Of a stretch of DNA of 64,000 nucleotides, positions 50,521 through 63,159 are shown in pieces. Position 1 is the first letter of the stretch, and the number at the start of each line of letters is the position of its first letter. The position numbers and the translations under genes were made by a program. The notes below the pieces were generated by a model. That model was not told where the DNA came from. It did no database searches and was given only the letters and a program-made list of their open reading frames with translations. Origin of the DNA: Lama glama (Eukaryota); NCBI GenBank assembly GCA_028534125.1, contig CM052832.1:19594001-19658000 (forward strand). Reading direction: 5' to 3'.

Positions 50521-50945
50521 CTGAAAAACAATACGAAGAGGAGGAGGGAGAGATGAGGAGAGGAGAAGGATCAGGGAATCCTCATTTTTCTTGCTGGTGT
50601 GGCATCTCTGAAAATCGACTTAGAAGTTCTTTTTCTTCTAGATTTAAAATGTCAATATATTAATGCCGTTAGCAAAGGGAGATTAAATCAATGTTGGCAG
50701 AGGTATCAGTCCAAAGGGAGATAAGTCTTCAGCTGTAGATATTCTATCCAGGTAAAGAAAAAAAAAGATTAATATTTGAACTATCTCAATAACTTCTGTA
50801 ATTTTTAAGGTTATAGTTCATCATTCAGGCAAAGACTGTGTTTGAACCTACTTATAATTTTCTAGTAATTAAAGTATTCCTACTGAAAATTTATATAATT
50901 TTTTCATTGAAGACTATTTACTTATAAATTGATAATATGTTTAAT

Positions 50946-50984
50946 ATTATATATCTGCTGCTGAATAATACATACAAAATATAC

Positions 50985-51049
<65 letters not shown>

Positions 51050-51072
51050 AAACTCAGGAGCAGATATATAAT
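50946..51072. repeat. (TA)n microsatellite flanked by 19-bp inverted repeat arms
   Basis: attatatatctgctgctga (50946-50964) versus tcaggagcagatatataat (51054-51072), 18/19 complementary. Confidence 0.9.
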
Positions 51073-51689
51073 TTATGCTCAACTAAGTCTTATACTGTAC
51101 AAATCCTGTATAAGAAGATATTATGGCAGCTTAGGTGATAAATTATTTCTGGTTTTGATCAAAGTATATTTCCCAAAGGGAAAGATTTTTGGAGATCAGA
51201 ATAATGATATAATTGAGAAATAGAAATCTCCAATATTCTTTACTTGCTATTGCCTTTTCTCCAAATGTGTTTAGTGTCCTGGGCTTCCCAGAATGTGCCT
51301 AATCGAATCTTTCCCATCACTGTTAAGTGTGATGCTGTCTCTTACTACAAAGTTGCTTCTAAAGGAGAAGACCCTGAAATACTGCTTCCAAATTTCAACT
51401 GACTAAACACAAAACAGTTTTGATGTGCTACTTGATATGCCCACAATCAAAGTGAGAGATCTGTTTAAAATATTATCCACTTTTATTTTGGAGTGTAACA
51501 TCTGTGGTCTGATAGCACCCCTAGAGCCTGTCTCCAGCATAGCCCTTGCCATAAATACAAAAATTTTGCTTGAGGGTGCAGCCTCCTTATCTTTTATTTC
51601 CTTAGTTTAAACATGTAGCAGAGAAAAGGCATGTAGTCAAAGCTCCATGAATATTTGGCACATGTTGAAGGTGTAGCTCCTGTGGAATA

Positions 51690-52850
51690 TTCAAGAGAAG
51701 CAAGCTATCCAGTAGGCAGTAGGATATACAGTTTAGAGCCCAAGAGAAGGATTAATTTTGAAATCATCAGCCAAAAGTTTGTATCTGAAGCCATGTGTAT
51801 GCCTGCAATTATCAGCTGAGAATTATTAGGGTGGAAAAAGTCGAAGGAAAAGGTGGAATCCTGAGGGACATGAACGTATAAGGAATGGGCAAAATAAATT
51901 AGCTCTGCAAAGCTGTCTGGGTGGAAAAGCCGAAGAGAAAGGGAGGGAACAAAGAGAATGCAGTGTTCTGAAAATCATGAGAATAGAGCTTTTAAGGCAG
52001 GAAGGAATGTTCGAAAATGTCAAGTGCTACAGATAAGTAAACAAAGAACTACAAGCCACTTATTTATCAACAAGAAGAGGGATGTGTGTGTGTATGTGTG
52101 TGTGATCCGGTAGGATGATGTGGTAAAAGCTACATTGTAGTAGATGAAGGAACTAATGGTAAGTGATTTAAGTGGAGACAATTATTTTAAGAAGCTTAAT
52201 TTTGAGAAAGGAGATGAGATTAGGGTAGTAACTGGAGGGAGGATGAGGTAGAGAGAGGTACCTGATCACAACTAAATGACATGGTAGGAAACCATTTAGA
52301 AATGGAGAGGTCAATGGTGTAGAAAAATAACTGAGTAGATAACTGATGGGCTTAGGTTGATGAGAGTCTAAGAAAGAATGAGAAGCAGAGGATAGATGGA
52401 GACATTAGTCTTGTCCAGATAGAATCTGGTTGACCAGAACACTTCTTCCACTGTCACAGGAGGAGGGGAGAAAAAGATGAGCTACAGGAAGGTTTGGTGT
52501 CAGAATTTGAGGGAATTCCTATCTGATTCCTATTTTTTATTTTCTTTGTGAACTAGGAGGTCAAGTCATTACTGGGAGTGTAAGATAGGAGTTATGGTCT
52601 AAGAGGTTTGGTGAAAACATGGAATGTGTAGACATGGCTTCTGTGGCGAGTAGAAGAGGGAGCTGAGCGAAATTTAGGATTGCCAAGAAGCCTTGATGCC
52701 CAGAGAGGATTGGAAACTCTAAACTTGTAGAAGGAAAGAAGAACTTGGCTCTATATGTTTTTTTCTCTGGCAGCACTCAGCAGTTTGAAAGAGAAGTGGA
52801 AAGAATAAACAGTTGGATTGATTCAGGTCTGGAATTTTCTAGAAAGGTGA
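51690..52850 (-). mobile_element. Long degenerate L2 body fragment
   Basis: Purine-rich antisense L2 text: tccagtaggcagtaggatataca, gaaatcatcagc, gtcaagtgctacaga, aagctacattgtagtagatgaagga, gagattagggtagtaactggaggg. Confidence 0.7.
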
Positions 52851-52929
52851 GATTAAAAAAATAAGTGAACAGCTAAGTTAGTAAAGGTCTGCCTACCTTG
52901 TACAGTGCTTCTGTAGCTGAGGCATGATA

Positions 52930-53140
52930 GAACTTTAGAGTTTATAAAATGTTTTCCACATTTATTTTTTTTTTCCTGGACAAGAAGCCTATCTCAGCAT
53001 GAGCCTCATTTTCCATTTGGAGGAGTGGGCTTGGGAAAGTTAAGTATTTTATTCAATATCCCATCATATCTGGTTAAATTGGGGCTGGAACTCAGATATT
53101 CTGGCCACACATCTTCTTCCACCACATCTCACTTTCTACA
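52930..53140 (-). mobile_element. MIR
   Basis: ctttagagtttataaaatgttttccacattt...ggggctggaactcagatattctgg. Confidence 0.55.
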
Positions 53141-53234
53141 TGAGATTAAAAAAAAGAAATTAAAAATAACTCCTAATAGAATTCAATTTGTTTGAAGTTC
53201 ATTTTTTCCCTACCTCATCATGAACAATTGAGAG

Positions 53235-53462
53235 AGTGGGTTCGGGGACCAGATAGCTTGGGTTCAGATTCTGGCTCTGCCCCTTGTTAGCTGTGTAATC
53301 TTGGTCAAGTTACTTTTCTGTTTCACACTTACTCTTAGTAATATGTGGATAATAATATCACTTTTCTGGTATAATAGTTGTGAAGAGTGAATGAGTTAAC
53401 ACAGGCAAAGCCGAACAATATATGGTACTTTTCAAGCATTCAATAAATGTTAGCTATGTTAT
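53235..53462 (+). mobile_element. MIR
   Basis: gggttcagattctggctctgccccttgttagctgtgtaatcttggtcaagttac...caataaatgttagctat. Confidence 0.85.
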
Positions 53463-53519
53463 TGCTGAATTCATGGCAACCTCCATGAATTCAGCTTCCC
53501 AAGAAGCTTGCCTCAGATA

Positions 53520-54013
53520 AATGGCTGTTTGCTTCTGGAACCTCAGGTTACTTTCCTCATTCTTCCACTTCCATTATTTTATTGCAGCAGAGATAGGTGA
53601 TCACCCAACGTTCCATCTACTCAACCACATTTCCCAGCCATCTTGTTGTTAGTTGGGGCTACATGGCTAGATTTGTCCAATAAGTGAGAGATGGAAGTGG
53701 TGTCTTTCACTCCTGGACCAAAAGATAGAAGAACTACAGCACAGTCCTCCAGTTTTCTTTTTTTTGGCTGCCATAGCAACAGAGGAAGCCACTTATTCCA
53801 TGTAGAAAAGCTGGATAATGGGGCACCACCATTACTCAAGATCTCTGAGTTACTGCATGAAAGACTGTTGCTCTGGAGAGTCCGCCAGCAAGATAGTAGA
53901 CTTTTTGTATGTGAGACTTTTTGTATGTATGTGCATCCTTGTTATATTTAAGCTGCTGAGACTTGGGGGTTGTTGATTACTGCAGCATAATTTAATCTAA
54001 TAGAATTAGTACA
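53520..54013 (+). mobile_element. MaLR solo LTR (MLT1H/J-like)
   Basis: cacatttcccagccatcttgttgttagttggggctacatggctag...tttaagctgctgagacttgggggttgttgattactgcagcata...tagtaca. Confidence 0.8.
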
Positions 54014-57000
54014 CCTCTGTTTCTGCTTGAGTTAAGTTGAGAGAAAAGTGAACTTACTCCACTGTTAATGCCAATTCAGGGGTGAATGACATATTTATAA
54101 ATATAACAATGTAGTAGTATGTTGTCAAGGAGTGCTTGTGGTCCTTGATAATAAATAGATGCTAAGGTATTATACACGCAATCCTTTCTAGAGGCAAAAC
54201 TCAGTCTTTTACTCTTTTATATAAAATTTCTAAAATTTAAAAAGTAAAGAGAAGTGTAAAATTTTCTTTGAGGAGCTTCAACTATCCACTCAGGTTATTG
54301 GCAAAAGTACTCAAAGTGGAAAAACATAGTAAGAGTTGTTCATAGACAGTGTCTGAACACAACCTTGACTTTGAACAAGAAAATCAAAGAACCGTTGACT
54401 CTCAGAGCAGGAGGAGGTTTTATAGGTATCTACCTAATCGTGTTTTTTTCTGTTTCTAAAGGGTCTCCCACCCTTGAATATCTTACCTGGTGGCTCAATG
54501 CAGATGACACTATTTTTAAGGCAGTTTTGATTTAAAGGGAGGGAACCATTAAATGTTTTTCTCCTGGTTTGTCTGACTTCATTAAATTATCTCGTAGATG
54601 ATGGCTCCATGTTTCTTTAACTTAACCTTTGCTTTTCTTTCTTTCTCTCTTTTTTAAGTAGGCTTTTCTTTCAGGCTTCTATGTTTATGCTCCCTTTTAA
54701 CTGAATGGAATATCTGACCATGATAGACCTGGCTTCATGTGACTGCCTGTGCTTTTTGTTCAAGGTGTACTAAAATTCTGATGAGAATAGTGCAGTCACA
54801 TACATTCGTGCTTTTCAAGTGTTCAAACATTTCCGTGTCAGGAAGCAGAGAGACCCCTGAGGTCTGGGTGATAAAAACCGCACAGAAGAGGAGAAACAAA
54901 GATACGGCTGTTGGGGAGAACGTATACAAAAGGCCCTTTTGCTCTACAGGTCTGCTGCATGCAGTCATTTCAGCAGCATAGCTGGGATGAGGCTGGGTTT
55001 TGTCCCTACAGCATCATAGTGAGTGACACATGATCCAGGGGTCACCAATCAATGACAGCAGACAAGGGTGAAGGAGAAATGATCTGCATGTAGAGAGTAT
55101 AGGGTTAAATATTTTTATCCTAATCTGTAAAAAATGTACTAGTTGTATAATGATTATGAGATGTTTCTGTGAAAAAAAAAAGAAGCAGACATTTCTGTAA
55201 AAAAAATGTTTTTGAGCGGTAATTCATGTGTACTGGCAATTTTTTATCAGCTTGTGAAATGTGGTATCATTAGTTCTCATATACAGGATGATTTAGGGTG
55301 CTTTGTTTATTAGTGAGTTTTTAGTATTACTAGGTGACATGGTAGTAAAATTGTCAGTGCTTTCTGGAAATCTGAATAAAAATAAATTTTAAATTCCTCA
55401 ATTCAGACCAATTCTCTTAGATAAATCACAAACACATAGATTTGAGTGCTTATCTTTAAGCACTCAATCTTTATTCTTGTGCTTAATAATTGAAGTTGGG
55501 AAAACTAGTTCTTTCAGTGATTTTCTTTTGCTTAAATCTAAGAATGCTTATTTGTGACTCAAATGCGATTGTTCCCTTTATTCTTTACTTATTGAGCTCT
55601 CAAAGAGTTTTGCCAAAGGCTTCTCTGTTTCCTTTGCTACTATTTTTTTTTCTCATGAATTATGGTGCAATTCAACTGGGCCCAGTGCTCTGTCAAATTG
55701 AATGGTTTTAATTGCCTTATTTGCAATGGGAAAATCACTTAATATTTTACTTTGCCCCTCAAGAAATTGTATTTTCAGCTGCATAATATTTCTCTCTCCT
55801 TCATTTATGGAAAACAAGATAAAGCTACATGCTTAGACCTTCATTTATAGGTCTTATCTTATCATCCCCTACCCCCCAATATGGTCTTTTTAGTTGTGAT
55901 TGAAAAAAGGGAGAGAGATGTAGCTCAATGAATCCACTTATGTTTCCTCTTTTGGTAGACAGTCTTCATTGTATTCTCTAACCAGTGTCTTTCTGCACTG
56001 AGAAAAGAGGTGACTGGTTAAATCACTATCTCGTAGTTTCTTTTTGTGGCAAAAAGCAAACTTTCTGTTTGCTTGCCAGAGTCTATTTCACCCTCTTGGT
56101 TTCTAGTTAGGGGCCATCCTTCACTGGTCTTTTTGCATAAACCAGCCTATGAGAAGAAAGTCCTTAAGACCAGAAAAATTGAGGGGCAAACATGCCAGGC
56201 TTTGCTGACCTCAGGAATAAGAGGACGGAGAATTTTCTGTTTCCAATATCCATGTTCTGTTGATTGTCTTTGAATATTGCTTCTTGCCTTCTGATATCAC
56301 TACCTTTACACAGTCATGTTTTAGATTTTGTTGCTGTAACTGTCTTCAAATAAAACTTGCTCTTTGAAATATGCTTTCAATCTTCATGCTCAAATCTTAT
56401 TTTGATTTAAATTATGAATTTTCCCCACCAAAAATCCTGCTTATGTTTAACATGACTGAATGAGAAAAATTCTCATCATACAACTATGCCCAAAGCATTC
56501 TCTTTTATACTTAAATCTATATATGTGTTTTCTTTAACATACGAATTTCTTTAAACGTCTAAAAACAGGCTTATCCATCCATATTCAAAACCTACACTGT
56601 TAACATTGTCTATTAATAGCAAATAAACCTCAGTGTCATGAAAGTGAATCTACCCCCTTTCTTCCCTTGATCGAAGTTTTATGACTTTGTTTCTTGTCTT
56701 AAAATTCTCTTAAAGTCTTAATTCTAGTGTTTCAACATGTTCTTTCTCTAAGAACCCACTTATCCTAATTACATATCTTCATCTGCAAATCTTATTTGGA
56801 CCTAGTCAGGGCAGATAAGGACAGAGTCCTCCCTAATGGATACTTCACCAAAGAGGTGTTGCTGAACTTTGTGCTTATCTGTTTTCTATGAGTTTCAGTT
56901 AAGTACTTCAGATTTAGAAGCATTAATTTGATCACAGTTCTCAAGGCCAGAAAGTAGCTTAATCATTAGAGGTCAGCAACCTGGTCCTATTAATGCATTT

Positions 57001-57024
57001 ACTAACTTACTGGGTCCAGTATCT

Positions 57025-57200
57025 CAGCGGTTTTCAAACTTTGCTTCAACATTAGCATCACTGTGGAGCTTCTAAATGTCTAAATGCCAAGGTCTGACAA
57101 GTTAAGTCAGAATCTCTGTTTTGGGGATCCAGGCATTGGGTGTGGGGAAAAAAACTTCTCCAAATGATTCCAGTGCTTTGCCAAGTTTGGAAACCACTTG
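57025..57200. mobile_element. MER5-family hAT element
   Basis: TIR-like ends cagcggttttcaaact / agtttggaaaccacttg; internal agtcagaatctctg...ccaggcatt...ccaaatgattc. Confidence 0.75.
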
Positions 57201-58029
57201 TATATTTTAATGTTTTCTTATGCTTATGTTTTTCCCCCCTACAAACAACCATTAAAAAGAGAGCTGTATCAGGCCAATATCAGAAAGGACCCTTGTTTTA
57301 ATGGTGTGTCCAGCCCTCCTCTTCCATTTCTTTTTCCTACACTGAAAGTAGGAAGATTCTATAGAATACTTGGAGGCACTCTCTCCTTACAGCAGAACTC
57401 TTTATTGTGGCAGCTACGACATTTCCTAGTAAATTTCTAGAGCTATCCATAGGAAAAGGCACTCCTGCTCTGCCTTGGAAACCAGCAATCCTATGAGACA
57501 TGAATCAGTTCAACACTAGGGCAAAAATCTAGGGTAGTGCTGTCCATTCCCTAAAAACTTTGCTGTTGTTGTCTTATGTGTGATAGCACGTCCAGGTGTG
57601 CAATACTTTTCTGAGTGTACCCCTCCTTTGTTTCCCATTCAAGCTGCTCACTGGAATGCAGTTTTCAAGGCATCATCATAGGATAATCTTAAATCTATTC
57701 TTATTTACTTAAAAAAAGGATTTCTCAAAATTTGAGACTTTAATATTAGTAATAGGTTATATGCAATAAAACGTACAAATGATTTGAACCACATTGGTAT
57801 CCTTGAGAAAAGCTGAGGTATAGAAACATAGGGAACACAAACTCTTGGCAGTTCTGAATCCTTTCTAAGAACTGTTAGAGTGGATTGTTTACTAAAGTTT
57901 GTCCTGACCTCCAGGGATACCTCCTCCCTTTCCCCAACCCCATGTCCGTGCTGAAAATTTCTAAAAACTAAATTTTCAGTTTTCACAAGAGTTGATTAAC
58001 CATTCACAACTCAAAGGATATCTCATTTC

Positions 58030-58240
58030 TAGACTAGTTGTATAAATTATGATATAGCAATATGATGAAATTTAGTAATACCATTAAAACAATACTCATG
58101 AAAGCAATGCAGGGATATGGAATAATATCTGATAATAAATATAGGGGGAAGCATAAATGAAAATAGCCTGTACAACCATTTAATATTTGTGTGCCCATGG
58201 ATAAGAATTAGAGGAAAATATACAGAAGTGAAAATCATTT
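58030..58240 (+). mobile_element. Degenerate L1ME-type fragment
   Basis: tataaattatgatatagcaatatgatgaaatt...ccattaaaa...gaggaaaatatacagaagtg. Confidence 0.5.
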
Positions 58241-59011
58241 CAATTTTTTTTTTATATTGAAACAGAATGCAGTTTTTAAAATTGATTGACTACCCCTGCC
58301 CAGTGTATTGGTTTTAGAATGTCATGATTCCAGGGTCCTAGATTTTGGCTGAGTTCAATTTTCAGGACTAACTTAGTTACAGAGAAATTTGGGGAGGGAG
58401 TTAAGATCAGAAATATCTTTTTTACTTTTGGTCTTATATACAAATTACGATTCTAGTAATTATTTTTAAAATTCCAGGTATTTTTACCGTTACTTTGAAC
58501 CATTTTGTGATGTTATATTTCTCCTATCTCATATTTCTAATGACTACTATCCCTTTTAGTGAAATGATCCATTTACTATATCCAGCTTCCGAGGTAAATA
58601 GTGGAAATTTCTATGTTCTCTTTCTAGTCCTTTGTTGCATAACGCCCATTAATGCAGTAGGGCTCAAAATAGCCAGTTAATGGCAGGCAGTGTATAGCAC
58701 TCTTAGCAGTAAAGATATCACCATTGAAAAATACATCAGCATTTCACACTCCAGCAAGATTTTAAAAAACCCAACTCACAGGCAACTACCTTAGTAACTA
58801 GTGACATTACTGAAGACAGTCCTCTTGTTTGGATATATTATGAAACTTTTCTTAGAAGTTCACTGGGATGGGCTGCTCACTTCACTGCATCTTCAGCCTT
58901 GGCTTTAAGCTTGGCCAACATCTACAATGGCAATAGAAGTTTCATTTTGTCTTTGTTTATGCAATCAAGTTACCACCATCTGACAGCTAATTTTTCTCTT
59001 CTATTCTTTAG

Positions 59012-59155
59012 AGACTTAAGCTCTACTTTCTGTAGGTGGAGATCAGCAATGTGTCTTGCACCCCACCTTCCTAAGCCCCATTTTCTGGTAGGCCATAATG
59101 TCCCCATTCTCTGGTCCACTAAGGCTGGATCAAGATATAAATTATATTTAGACAG
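59012..59155 (+). other. Candidate 144-nt internal exon (unidentified, may be cryptic or non-coding)
   Basis: Branch-like gCTAAt plus ttttctcttctattctttAG acceptor; CAG|GTAAGA donor; length divisible by 3 and one frame open; peptide not recognised. Confidence 0.3.
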
Positions 59156-61982
59156 GTAAGAAACCTACAAGACTAGGTAACCAAGAGGTACAGGAGCAGA
59201 GATGAATGTTGGCCTTTACATTTGAAAGATAACTTTTATATTCCTGGGAAATCTCTCAGTCTGGATATTCTTTCTCCAAGATCCTGTGGCTTCCTGAGAA
59301 TGTGCTATCGGTTACTCTTTATTTGAGTGGCTTTTGTTGTGCTTTTGTTTTGTGCTGGTCTTAGCCTATTGATAACCAATGTTGTGGCTGCACTGGCCCT
59401 TGTGGTTCTCATTATGACTGTAAGGTAACCTTGGCAATAACCATCAGGAATCTTTGAAAAAAAAAAGTGTATTACAGGTCCTGGAAATGACAGGGCACAT
59501 GAGGATAGGAAGAGAGAGAGTGCACAAGGGCCGGGGGAGGGGGGTTGTTTTTATTGGGATAGAGGGAGGGAGTATGGATTTGAGGGCTCACCCTTTATTG
59601 GAGACTTTAAAACATAAGAGTGGGAAGAGAAAAAAACCAAGTGGCCCAAATGGTCAGTTCTAGAAATCAACCAGGATCTCTAAAATAAGGGAGCCCAGGG
59701 GTCAGGGTAGGAGTGGTTGGCCTGGCTTTTTGTCTACTCAGTGGCTGGTAATATGTTTATTCAGGATAGCAGTCTTTAAGTAGATGCCTCTGCATTCAGG
59801 TACTTGCATTGGAAGAAAGAGAAACCAGCTGTCAGGGCTTACACGACAGCTTTTCATGCCTCAGAATATTCCCACTCTAAATTTTTTCCTACTCTCTAAA
59901 CTCTTTCCTTCCAGTTTCTAAGGGACCTTTTTTGTTTGTTTTATTTTTATGTTTTTCCCAAACCAGAATCACTTAGCCACTTTGGGGTATACAGAGGTTC
60001 ATTAGGAGACAAACATTTATCCCTTTTATTTGGGGTTGGTTTATGGGAAAGAGAAGGGTCGTGTAAATAAGGCAAAACCTCAATCTGCAAAACAAGAGAA
60101 ATCTGGACGAATAAGACGACAAAAAAGGAGCAATGGTAACAATAGAAAAAAATGTTTCTAAATGCTTACCTTAATTGCAGGAGTTATTTAGTGGGATATA
60201 CCATGGAAATATGTCCAAGGAGCATGGAGATGACATTGAGAGGCTCCTGGGCTTATGTTAACCTCTCAGAGAGGTATATGGCACAATTGAGCACTTGCAG
60301 AAATATGATACTCTATAAGCTAGTATTATAGACTCTAGATTGTTACAGTAATAAGACTGGGAAAGGCTGGTATATGAACACAGAGGAGGGCATTGGGCAT
60401 ATATGGACCTGTGCAATCCCAGAGAAAATAGGCTGTTTAATGCTCTGGTACATACAGACTACTTTTTTGGAAATCTCAGGTGAATTACAGTGGTAAATGC
60501 AGTTGATTTAATGCATTTTTAAAATGTCAAAAGTTTTTTTTTTATTAGAGAATCTAAAGGGAGCTATATGATCTGGAGAGTGTTTAAAGACACTTGTTAT
60601 ATCAGGAGTCTTTCTATACAATATAGACAATTGGGAATGGATAGAGGAAGGGTGGGATACAAATTTGGTGTTGGCATTGTTTGTATGGTGGGTCTTTCCC
60701 ACCACCTGAAGTCACCATATAATTTTTAATAACTTTGAATCCCAGTGTCCTGGAGACTTCAGATATATGAGGGAGGAAATTTACACTGTTGGGGGACTAA
60801 CATCTTCCCTGTCCTTGGTATATCCCCAAACTGTTTGTAGATGGGCATGAGGTCAAGAAGGTTTTATTTCTAACCCAGAAGAATCAGCATACTGTTTCTT
60901 CAAATACAATTCATCATCAAATATGAAAACATTTGGCCTCCATTAGGAGATTTAGATTGTAAGCTTGGTTTGGCCTTGTATCCTTGTGCAAAGCACTTCT
61001 GTTCTCTATGCTTCAGTTTTCTGGAACATAAAATAAGTGATACATAAATCTGGACAGCCTTTCACTTAAGTATTCTGAGATTAATATTCAAGAACAAGAT
61101 TGGAAGATGTTGCCTTTTTGTGCCTATAGGTTTTTTTTGGTCATCTTGTTTAAAATTGTAGGTCTATTTCTTGCCAGATACCTCTTAAAGTGATATTCTT
61201 GTTAACAAGTGGAGACTTCACTTCCCTTAAATAATTTGAATGGCAGCTTATAAGTCACTATATCTGTGCCTGGCAGTGTGGCAGCTGGTAAAGCTAGGCT
61301 GGTGATAGTATATTTTATTCTTCACCGTAATGTTATCTTAATGGTTTTAATGTTACGGGACCTGAGTGGACTGCTTTAGAGCTTTGCTCACATCTTACCT
61401 GGAGGTCCCTGAGTCACCCAGGGTCATCTCACTAGTTACTTTATCTCAAGGGCCTGAACAGTGTCTTCAAGCTGCCAAGGGGTGTTACTTTACTCTTTGG
61501 TTTCTTTCCCCCCTCAGCTGATAAAGATTGTTACCTGGGGTTACAATGCATTATTTATACTGACCAAGCTTTGGATACACTATGTCCGTCTAATTCTGCC
61601 ATTGCGATGCCATTTTGATGGAGACTGCCTTTGCAACGTGGACCATTAAAAGCCCCTTAAGGATACAATGATTCTGAATGATCCCCTGCTTTTACATGGA
61701 GCCATTACTACTGCTGGTTTTTTGTCTGGATGAAATGCAAATGCCCAGGCTTTAAAGCAGGCTTTAAAAACTTTCATTTTAAACATCCTGCCTCTTCATA
61801 ACATCCTTATTACACTTATAAAATCTTCATTAAGAAGCCTTCCAGGAAGGAAAAAAAAAAAAAAAAGGAAAGACTTGGAGAGAGAATATGAGATATCTCA
61901 ACAGAGAGAGGAAGATTAGTGTTGTGATCCACTGCTAGCTGAGCAGGACCAAAGAGCTGGTTACTGGAACAATTTCTACTTG

Positions 61983-62052
61983 TATTATTAATAATATTGT
62001 TATTATTATTATTAATGTTGGTATTATTATTATTAATGTTGGTATTATTATA
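61983..62052. repeat. (TAT)n low-complexity tract with 21-bp duplication
   Basis: tattattattattaatgttgg occurs twice in tandem. Confidence 0.85.
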
Positions 62053-62340
62053 TAGTAAGGCTTCAATGGCTATTTGGAATCAGGCAGTGGATAGCTTAAC
62101 TTATTTCAAGGTCCTGTTTGATAACTCCTTGAAGGACTCTTTAAACCATTCTTACTTGGTACACTTAAAAATGAAATCTTGTGTCCAGATTTGCATCTTA
62201 TTGTGGGTCTTTGTCTGGTTCAGATTTGCGTTAATTTAGTACAGGATCCCTTCTGAAACCCAACTTGGTCACATTTTTCAACTCTGTTGTCATCTGTCGT
62301 GCTTCAGAGGAAATAATGAGATCTGACAGTACCAATGGGG

Positions 62341-62348
<8 letters not shown>

Positions 62349-62387
<39 letters not shown>

Positions 62388-62470
62388 GATAGAGAGAAAT
62401 AGAGACAGAGAGAGACAGACAGACAAAGAGAGGAAGAGGGAGGAAGAGAGAGAGAGCAAGAGCAGGAGAG
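62349..62470. repeat. Compound microsatellite: (GT)15 followed by a GA-rich tract
   Basis: Directly visible. Confidence 0.95.
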
Positions 62471-63159
62471 CGAGCTTGTGAGCGAGCACAATAACACAGC
62501 AGTCTCAGTGTGATAAACTGCAGCTAACAAGCCTCAGTGTGTCCTACCATTTCCATATAAGTGCGAAATTTGACATTTTCCAGGGGTCAATGATGAAACC
62601 AATTCATTAAAATTCCAGAATAGTAATCTTTGTCTCAGAATCTCTTGGTTGAAAAGGTTCTCCTTTTATTCAGTTTTTATCTTTGTTCTATCCGTTTGTC
62701 ATTTGTCAGCTGATAGTTTTGTACAGTGTCCTGAAAAGCCACATCCACTAGCCTTCCACTGTGTTGAGAGAGGAACAGGGCTTAAATGGCAGCGTGTACC
62801 ATTCTCTGCAGAAGGGTACATTGTTTTTAAGAATGTGAAAGGCAGAAAGGAACATGCACAACCTAAAATTGGCTCATGAATCATTCCTTGTCTCTTGGGG
62901 GACAGAGACTGCAAGGTTTATTAGATCTGTTTCTTGCAAATGCCTGCCATGGAACAAACCTACCAAGCTCACCTCCCTCCTTTGCCTAGCAGGGATAACT
63001 GCTGCAAACAAGAGAATTAGCGCTGCCTCATCTGATATTCTCTGGACTAAATTCTGATGCTGTGGGTACATGTAAAGTATCTTACATTCCTTGGGGAAAT
63101 GTGCTGGACCAGGTTACCACATCTTATAGCCTGCCATGGTGGGTAGGAGCGTGGAAATT

